This document shows, in pieces, positions 54,501 to 64,000 of a stretch of DNA of 64,000 nt (within the stretch, counting starts at the first letter, position 1; every line of letters starts with the position of its first letter). The stretch comes from Camelus ferus (lineage: Eukaryota): contig NC_045697.1 of NCBI RefSeq assembly GCF_009834535.1, positions 66,962,001 through 67,026,000 on the forward strand. Direction: 5' to 3'. The position numbers and the translations under genes were made by a program. The notes beneath the pieces were generated by a model that saw nothing but the letters and a program-made list of their open reading frames with translations, had not been told where the DNA came from and ran no database searches.

Positions 54501-57500
54501 ACACCATAAAAAACTGATAATTATTTTAGCAACTTATAACTCTTACTAAAATAATCAAAATATAACTCAAAAGGCAAAACTTTATAATTAAGACATCACT
54601 TTATGCTATATGAAGTCATCTGACAATCTTTAAAGTACATCAGGAAAAGAAGACATTATAAATGCATAAGTTACCAACTTCTCTCTGAAATGTTTTTCTT
54701 GAGTTTTTAATATAATATCCAATATCTAAACAGGCCATCTAATTAAATAAAATTACTTGTGTAATTGGGAATTACAATTTACCACTATATTAGATTTATT
54801 ATGAGTATAATTTTGTTAATGTTACATTTACTATCTTTGTGATCAAGATGAATTTACCTAAAAGTTAAGGAATAAGATGTTTGGGACCGAATGGTTCCAT
54901 ACATTTGCTTGAAAGTACTTCATACCTAGGCTATGGACTTGATTTCTTTTTACATGATAGTTTCTAGTCATTTGGTTCTGTTTGGCATTCCATGTCCAAT
55001 GTGTGTTTCATTTTACTATATTTTGTTTTTGTCTAGAACTGAGAAAAAAATTCATTGGATTTTGTATCTGGAGTGGAGAGATGTCTAGTGCTTCTAGAAT
55101 GCTATATGACAACTATAGATAAATTCACTTTTCCCCCTTGAAACTTGAAATTTTAATTGCAAGACGATATTAAAATAGAGTGACAAATGATATTTACTCT
55201 CACAATGCTAGCGCTTTTCCACCTTTCTTTTGCAAGTGTGTCAGGTTTTAAATGTTATAGAAGAAACAGTGCTCCTACTTTTGATTTGACTTTCCAACCA
55301 GCATCAAACTTAAGACTGTAAGTACGAAGGATAACTAGAGTGGTGGGCATGTAAAATAATTTCTTACTTATAGAGTTGCATGGATGTGTTGACAGAAATT
55401 GATCATACCAAATTTGGCCCATCAGTTATTTCCTATTCTTACCTTCAGTAATGACAAGTCTATTGAATCTCTGTTCCAAGAAAACATGATGGCATTTTTT
55501 TTTATTTGGAAGGATACAAAGCACATTCCATTGAAATAGCAAATATATTACTTATCTAAATACTTTTCCCAACAAAACCAAATTTATTACATATATTTAA
55601 ATGTATATTCTAACATTTTTCTTTGAAAGCTTATTAGTTATCTAAATTTAACTACATGTATTCCTTTTTGTCCTAATTTCATGCAATCCATTAGTAATTT
55701 GAAGAGAAGTAATTTTAACAAATTAAAAAAAATTCTGTCAGTAAGGGTTGGAACGATGTGTTCTTGAAGATTAGTTAACTGTGTTCTTGTAAATTATAGA
55801 CCTTACTATTACTTTAGTCCAGTCATTCATTCAATAGGTATTTATTAAGTCTCTACTATGTGTCATGTACTCTTCTATGTGCTGGGGACCAAGTGGTAAA
55901 GAAGACAGTTAAGGCCTCCTCCTGTGGGTTACGTTCTATTGTGGAGCCTGCTATTGAGCACCTATTTCATGCACAGTAGACTCTAAGCTGGGCACAGAGA
56001 TGAACTGCTTACAGATCCTCCCTTCAGAAACTTACTGGCCAATACCAGGGATAAAAACAGTAGTTCACTGAGTAAATGGACTGTCATATGCATTGTGTAT
56101 CCACCAGTACAGTAACTGACACAAATATCCTTCTAGGTAATGTATGTTAAATAAATGAATGATTTGTATGTTGTAGCTATAATACAACATAGTGTTGAAT
56201 CCCAGGTATAAGTAAATTTAATTGTAACTCAGAACAGTAAAGGTAACTAGTATATGTATTAAGCAACTACCATGGGTCTCAGTTAATCTGCATGATAATC
56301 TTTGGGGATTAGTATTGTTACACTTATAATACAGGTAAGGAAAGGGGGTCAGAATAACTGTTCATACAGCCAATAATTACTGAAATCATGATATAGATCC
56401 ACATTTGTCTGAAATGAATGTTCTGATTCCTTTCACTACACCAATATTCCTCAAACTATCTCAAAAAAGTGTTTTTTGCTCAAATAAATTTGGGGATTTC
56501 TGTTTAATAGAGCTTTCTCTCAGAAATTCAGAGTGCCTGTTAGTATACTGAAAACATTGGTTAGAAGTTCTGCCACAAAGAAATAGGTTTAATTTGGACT
56601 GCCACCATCCCCCCTAAATTTATTAAACCATAGAACCTTACAGTCAACATAAACAAAGAACCCCATTTCATCATAGCTTTCAGTGTGGTTTTGGTTAGCA
56701 TTCTCCATACGTTGATCTCTTGAATAAAAGTAGTCCATTGTTTGGAAAATTCTGAAAACCCCATGAAGAAAGCTATAGTGAAATTGCTTTAGGAGGAGAG
56801 ATCATGAGGGACCTGGGGAATGGAATATTTGAGTTTGATGCTGAAGCATGGTTTGGGTTTAAAAATTTACAGAGGGATCAAAGACATTTGAGGAGGAAAG
56901 AACAGCAAGAAGCCAAAGGGCAGAGATGAAAAACACGGAGACTACACTACAGAGTACTTTACATGAATTAAGTAAAGAAATAAGACCATGGAATTAGAAG
57001 AGAGACTCCTGGAGAGCCTTGTTTGGCAGCTAGAGAAGACTGTTTTGTGGAGCAGGGAGCCTGTGAAAATTGTTAAGTGGTGAAACGGCAGTTTTCAAAA
57101 TGGACATATGCTCTAGAAAGATTAATATGACTTTACTAGTAAACAAAACTCATTTGATTCACTTTAATTGAATTTTAATAATTTTAATTTTTAATTATTA
57201 TTACAAAATTTGCTTTCAGGTCTATGGTTTTATATCAGGTCATTAATCTAAGTGTTAAAAGCAATATTCTTGGTGACCCTCTGAAAACACTGTCTGACAG
57301 TGGAAATCACGTACATATGTCTAGAATAATAACTGCTCATACTGTTAGGCTTTGATTTTTTTCTTATTCCAAATGATTTAGAAACAAGCATTAAGAGCAA
57401 TCATCTCTAGAGTGACTGCCACTTATAATAGTTTATAAGATATTGGGGGCAGCTTATCTGTTTATCTTAAAATTGATACATTTCATATTCTTAAAAAATC

Positions 57501-59149
57501 TTTAAAGCCAAACTGTAAGTGTTCATTTTGTTTGTTTAAATTCAACCCATTCAGGACAATTATTATTACAACTGAGGGACTAGACAAATACTTGTCTAAT
57601 ACACAGTAATCTAGTGATTTATTTAGATAAGAGAAAAAATTCCTGCCCTCTGTTTACTCTCTGACCTTCAGAAAGTCTTAAATTAATCAAGCCTTGTTTT
57701 CCCAACTTGTAAAATGAAATTTAGAATCTGTTTTTCATTGAGTTGCGTGAAAATAAATGGAATAAGAGCTATAAAAGTTCTTGAAATCTGTAAAATTCCT
57801 TTAAAATATACTATAAAATAATAACAATTGAGAATACAACTATATTCTATTAACAAAATTACCACTAGAGGTACTAATATAGTCTTAAGAGAGGGGAAGG
57901 ACTCACTGTTTGGAAATTATATTAGTCACATACCTGGATAAGAAAGATATGGCTGGTTAGGGAAATTTTCAACAGAGTTGGAAGAGTTTGGTGAAGGTGA
58001 GGACGTCAACTGTCTAGGACAAGGCGGATGTGGATACGATATTTAGAAATGGAGACTGAATAGCAGGAACAAGTACTAGTGGTTTGCCTTTAAGTTTCCT
58101 GTCCTTCAGCTAAGTCACTACATTAAAGTGCAGATAGAGTGAAGCCATCCCGATATGATGAGTGAAGACTCTACTAATTTCAGTAACCAAAAAGCTTGCA
58201 CTGCTCACGTATTAGGAATTTCCTATCTCCCTATCCCAACACATAGGAGAGGCAAGGAAGTCACTAAGCAGCTGAATGGAAATAACTAGCAAGGCTAGTT
58301 CTGACTAATCTGGGGCAGAATAAGCAAAGTTCCATCTCCTAATGAAGATTTAAAATTGTTGAGCACAAACACATCTTTTAGAATCATTCTTCACTTTCCA
58401 ACTAGGATGTGAGCTCTAACAGGGTAGAAAATTTTCTTTGTTACATGATGATACTGTGGCCTAGAATAATACCTGGTACATATTGTAGGAACACAATAAA
58501 CATTTGTTAAATTAATGAAAGAGTATTTTCCCCCAGGACACTATGACATACTTATTGAAAAGCTATGTGATTATGTTCTGCTACATTTTAGAGGAAAGGG
58601 ACTTTCAGTCATGATGGCAGTTGTACCTCGCCAGAAAGACATAGCCAAATGCAATTTGGATTTAAATTTTGAACATGCTTGGTATTCACACTTAGAATGG
58701 GGAACAAAAAGTGGAGTTATCACAGTGCTTCTTAGAGGCTCCAAAATTGTCGAGCCTCCAATAATAACTGAGTAAACACAGATCAAGTACCAACAAAAAG
58801 ATCCTTTTTTCCTATCCTTTTAAAAAGGAATTCTAATATGCAAGAATGGCTCAATTTACAATAAGCAGGGAAAAAAGTTAACTTGTGAAATTCTAAGTAG
58901 AGATGAAAAATGTTAACATTTCATATTTTCAAGCCAGGAATATGTATTGAATGCCTGCTGAAACACCAATTTTCAATTTTAACTTTTTGGAGAGACTGAG
59001 AAATAACTACTTGCTCTGATATTTCCAAAATATTTCTGTATATTCTGAGATCTTTGCCTCAAATCTTTCTTTCATCATTGCAAAGGGAGATACGATTTAA
59101 TAAAATAATGCAAATAAGTATAATGCACTTAAGTTTTTTCTTTTTTTTT

Positions 59150-61676
59150 AAATTACAGAGAGGTACAATTTGCCAAGACTGAACCAGGAGAAGTAGACAC
59201 TATGAATAGATCAATTAACAGCATTGAAATTGAATCAGTAATTTAAAAACTCCCAACAAAAAAGTCCAGGATCAGATGGCTTCACAGGTGAATTCTACCA
59301 AACATTTAGAGAAAAGTTAACACCTATCCTTCTGAAACTATTCCAAAAAATTGCAAGAGGAAGGAACACTCCAAACTCATTCTATGAGGCCATCATCACC
59401 CTGATACCAAAACCAGACAAAGATATCACAAAAAAAGAAAATTACAGGCCAATATCACTTATGAATAAAGATGCAAAACTCTTCAACAAAATACTAGCAA
59501 ATTGACTCTAACAATGCATTCAAAGGATCATACACCATGATCAAGTGGGATTTATCCCATGTATGCAAGGATTTTCCAATAACCACAGATCAATCAATGT
59601 GATACACCACATTAACAAATTGAAGAATAAAAACCATATGATCATCTCAATAGATACAGAAAAAGCTTTTGATAAAATTCAACATCAACTTATGATAAAA
59701 ACTCTCCAGAAAGTGGGCATAGACAGAACACACTTCAACACAGTAAAGGTCATATATGACAAACCCACAGCTAACATCATACTCAACAGTGAAAAGCTGA
59801 AAGCATTTCCTCTAAGATCAGGAACAAGACAAGGATGCCCACTCTTGCCACTTTTACTCAACATAGTTTTGGAAGTCCTAGACATAGCAACAGAGAAGAA
59901 AAAGAAATAAAAGGAACCCAAATTGGAAACGAAGAAGTAAAACTGTTACTGTTTGTAGATGACATAATACTATACATAGAAAACCCTAAAGAAGCGACCA
60001 GAAAACTACTAGAACTCATCAATGAATTTGGTAAATTTGCAGGATACAAAATTAATATACAGAAATCAGTTGCATTTCTGTACACTAACAATGAAATAGC
60101 AGAAAAAGAAATTAAGGAAACAATACCATTTACCATCTCACCATAAAGAATAAAATACCCAGGAATAAACCTACCCAAGAAGGCAAAAGACCTGTACTCT
60201 GAAAACTATAAGACACTGATGATGACATAAACAAATGGAAAGATATACTGTGTTCTTGGATTGGAAGAATCAATATTGTTAAAATGACCATAATACCTAA
60301 GGCAATACACAGATTCAATGCAATCCCTATCAAATTACCAATGACATTTTTAAGAGCTAGAACAAAAAAAAAGTTAAAATTTGTATGGAAACACCAAAGA
60401 CCCCGAATAGCCAAAATAAGCTTGAAAAAGAAGAACAAAACTGGGGGAATCATGCTCCCGGACTTCAGACTATACTACAAAGATACAGTAATCAAAACAG
60501 TATGACACTGGCAGAAAAACAAACACATAGATCAATGGGACAGGTTAGAAAGTCCAAAAGTAAGCCATGCACTTATGGTCAATTAATCTACAACAAACGA
60601 GGCAAGAAAGTGCAATGAAGGAAATAGTCTCTTCAATACATGGTGCTGGGAAAATTGCACAGCTACCTGTAAAAGACTGAAATTAGAACATTCTCTAACA
60701 CTACATACAAAAATAAACTCAAAATGGGTTAAAGATCTAAATGTAAGACCAGATACCATAAAACTCCTAGAGGAAAACATAGGCAGAACACTCTTGGACA
60801 TAAATCACAGCAATATATTTTTAGAACCAGATCCTGGAGTCATGGGAATAAAAGCAAACATAAACAAATGGGATCTAATTAAACTTAAAAGCCTTTGCAC
60901 AGCTAAGGATATGGTCAATAAAATGAAAAGACAACCTACAGAATGGAAGAAAATATTTGCAAATGATGCAACCAACAAGGGACTAATTTCCAAAATATAC
61001 AAACAGCTCATACACCTTAACATATAAAAAAAAAAAGCAATCCAATCAAAAAATGGGCAGAAGACCTAAACAGAAATCTCTCCAAAGAAGACATACAGAT
61101 GGCCAACAAGCACATTAAAAGATGCTCAACATCATTGTTAGAGAAATTCAAATCAAACCTACAATGAGGTATCACCTCACACCAGCCAGAATGGGCATCA
61201 TTAAAAAGTCTACAAATAATAAATGCTGGAGAGGGTGTGGAGAAAAAGGAACCCTCCTACACTGTTGGTAGGAATGTACATTGGTGCAGCCACTATTGAG
61301 GATAGCATGGTGGTTCCTTAAAAAACTAAAAATAGACTTACCATATGATCCAGCAATCCCACTCCTGGGCATATACCCAGAGAAAAATATAATTTAAAAA
61401 GACATAGGCACCCCAATGTTAATAGCGGCACTATTTACAATAGCCAAGACATGGAAACAACCTAAATGTCCATCAACAGATGACTGGATAAAGAAGATGT
61501 GGTACATATATGCAATGGAATACTACTCAGCCATAAAAAAATAAAATAATGCCATTTGCAGCAACATGGATGGACCTGGAGATCGTCATTCTAAGTAAAG
61601 TAAGTTAGAAAGAGAAAGAAAAATGCCATATGTTATTACTTATAAGTGGAATCAAAAAAAAAAAAGGACACAAATG
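59150..61676 (+). mobile_element. L1 ORF2 fragment (RT to ORF2 end), lacking most of the 3'UTR
   Basis: [34 protein letters not shown]. Homology ends just after the ORF2 stop region at ggacacaaatg. Confidence 0.92.
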
Positions 61677-62271
61677 TTCTTTTTAATTATTTATAACTTA
61701 GATGACTGACTTCTTGACTATGTGTAAGCACATCTGACTGTCCTTTAATGCCTTGGCTTGGCAGTTCAACATAACTCACTCATAGCCCATTAGCTAGATG
61801 TAATCACCTGGCCAAGCTGACAGCAAGGATGCAGGACTTGTAGTAATCCTGCGTGCCCAGGAAGGAGAGAACAGGATGTGAGTATTAGAAGTCCTTCTAC
61901 TATGTAACTGATAAAGCTACTTGAAGAGGAAAAATAAGGAATTGAATTTTTAAAAAATCATAATGATATTGAAATACTAATAGTTATCATGCCAAATGAA
62001 ACTTGGATTATTGTTTTCTGTGGCATGAAAATCCTTACTGACAGAAAGAGCTAAATGTGGAAAAGATAGAATATTATACCAAAAGGAAGAAAACCAGATA
62101 TTTGGTCCTTGCTTGTCCACCATCTTGAGTAATTTTGGGCAGGGCATAAAATTTCTCATTTTCTTAAACTATAAATTGATAAAAAAATAGATAACTCTTT
62201 CCCAGTATACTTCACCAGACTGTTATCAGATCAAAAGAAATCTTTAAAAGAAGGTGCTTTTATAGACAGAC

Positions 62272-62641
62272 TGTAGCAAAGACTGACAGCTCCTTACATC
62301 TTTTCAGGAATGCAACTGGACCACATTTTCCAGCTTCCTTTCTTTTAGAAGTTCTAGTCAATATAATGTGAGTGGAAGGAACATGTACATTTTTTTGCCA
62401 AGCTGTTGAAGAAGCTGGTGGTTGTCCTCTTTGCTGTCTTTCCCTTTCTGCTGGCTGGATGCAGAAGAGAAAAGAAGCTTGAGAGAAGAATGGCAGAGCC
62501 ACAAGATGGAAGGAGTCTGGGTACATGCCTGACCAAAGAGATCAGGCATGTTTCTGGGATTGTTATGTAAAACATCCTATCATGTTTGAGCCATTCTGTC
62601 CTTGGAAGGGTCTAATTGTTACTGTAGCTTAGCATAATACA
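62272..62641 (+). mobile_element. Old MLT1 (J/K-type) LTR
   Basis: acattttccagcttcc...gcagagccacaagatggaaggagtctggg...tgtttgagccatt...ttgttactgtagc. Confidence 0.7.
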
Positions 62642-64000
62642 GACTTAAATGATAGACTATAATATACTTGGCACACAATGGGTTTTCATAAATGACTATT
62701 TAGCCAAGGCTAAATGAGTGAAGAAAATCTCACAATATTTTGTTATTTTTTTTTACCATGATTCAGTGCTTAGCTCCAAATTATTAATTTTTTAAAAAAT
62801 GGCAACATCTTGTTAGAGACACAAAGAATTTCTAGTAATTTTGAGTTTTCAAATGTCTGAATGTGTGATTTTAATATCACACTCAAAATGCTATAAGACA
62901 GTATAATTTGCTTATTATGGAACAAAAATATTTTCAAATGATGGGCTTGCAATATTTTTCAAAATACTACTCCTAACATAAATGTTGAACAAACTGATGT
63001 GAAAATCTAGGTCATAATGTTTAATTACTATTATAATTTTCTTCACAGTCAAACATCTCATTTTGATGTTTTCCCAAGAGATAGAAAAACTAAAACTTGA
63101 AATAGCAAAAGAGTGGTGCTTGATTCTGAATGTTGTGTGTAACTTGTAATGTCTTCATGTCCATTCTGCACTAGCATCACAAACAAAAAGAAAGAAGGAA
63201 AAATGATTGTTTCCTACCCCGAGCTCCAATCCCCTGAGATATTTATGTAACCATATAATACTGCCAACGGAACAAACAGCTTCAATCATGTGTCTGTTCA
63301 TATCTCCAGGCAAACTTTTGTTCTTTTCCCTTTCTTTTATAAATGTATTCCCTTCAAAGGATACATACCCTAGTGGATAAACAATCTCCATGGGAGAACA
63401 GGAAAGCTAGCTATTTAATATGTACAGTTCAGTGTCATGAGGTGTGGAATCACAGCAAATAATATTTTGTGAAGATACGCTAATAAACATGATGATATTT
63501 TCACGATTAGCCATGTTTTTAGTAAAAGGAAATTAATGGACAGGACTACTCAGTCTGAAGGATACATACAACATGCTGACAAACAAAACAGTTTCAGCAT
63601 AAAGTTGGTATGTTATATAGACAGTATACGTACACACTTGGCACCACTATATATATTTATATGCGTATCATTCATCTAGCATTTTCTTCTTACCTACAAG
63701 TTGGAATGCATTTACTTCATACCCTATGATAAGCCCATTTAGTCACATTTTTGTCAGATTCCACTTGCATAGGCAATGTTGAGTAAATCAGTGGTTAATA
63801 AATGTCCTTGGAAATATGTTTAAAGATAAATAGTGAACAGCTATATCTGACCATAAATGCATATTTTTACTCTCAGAATCTTAAAAGAAAGATAGTCTGA
63901 GCTATTACATACATATATGGAAAAAGATAAATAATTACAGAGCAATCATGTAAAAAGAGCCTGGTTTATTATTCCTTAATAGATATACTAGAGACAAAAA

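Overview
Mammalian genomic DNA, AT-rich and repeat-rich. The L1 3' UTRs and ERV LTRs look cetartiodactyl, most like camelid; I saw no pig PRE-1, ruminant Bov or cetacean CHR-2 SINEs. This taxonomic call is an inference. The window lies inside the netrin receptor gene UNC5C on the minus strand. Two coding exons are present: 49825-49968 (144 nt, end of Ig1) and 33190-33293 (104 nt, start of Ig2, missed by the ORF track). They splice in frame, and the second exon ends in a non-canonical GC donor. The rest is intron. It holds one full-length decayed L1 with TSD, one internally deleted L1 (5'UTR fused to mid-ORF2), several truncated L1s, solo ERV/MaLR LTRs, hAT DNA-transposon fossils, L2 and MIR, plus a truncated RBM17 (SPF45) retrocopy inside a MER20. 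I found no prokaryotic-type or otherwise new multi-gene system. The best leads concern splicing and regulation: the GC-AG intron, a perfect L1-antisense splice donor in phase with UNC5C, a candidate poison exon, a CpG-retaining LTR and the RBM17 retrocopy. Repeat family names come from recalled consensus motifs, not a database search, and their boundaries are approximate unless a TSD is given.
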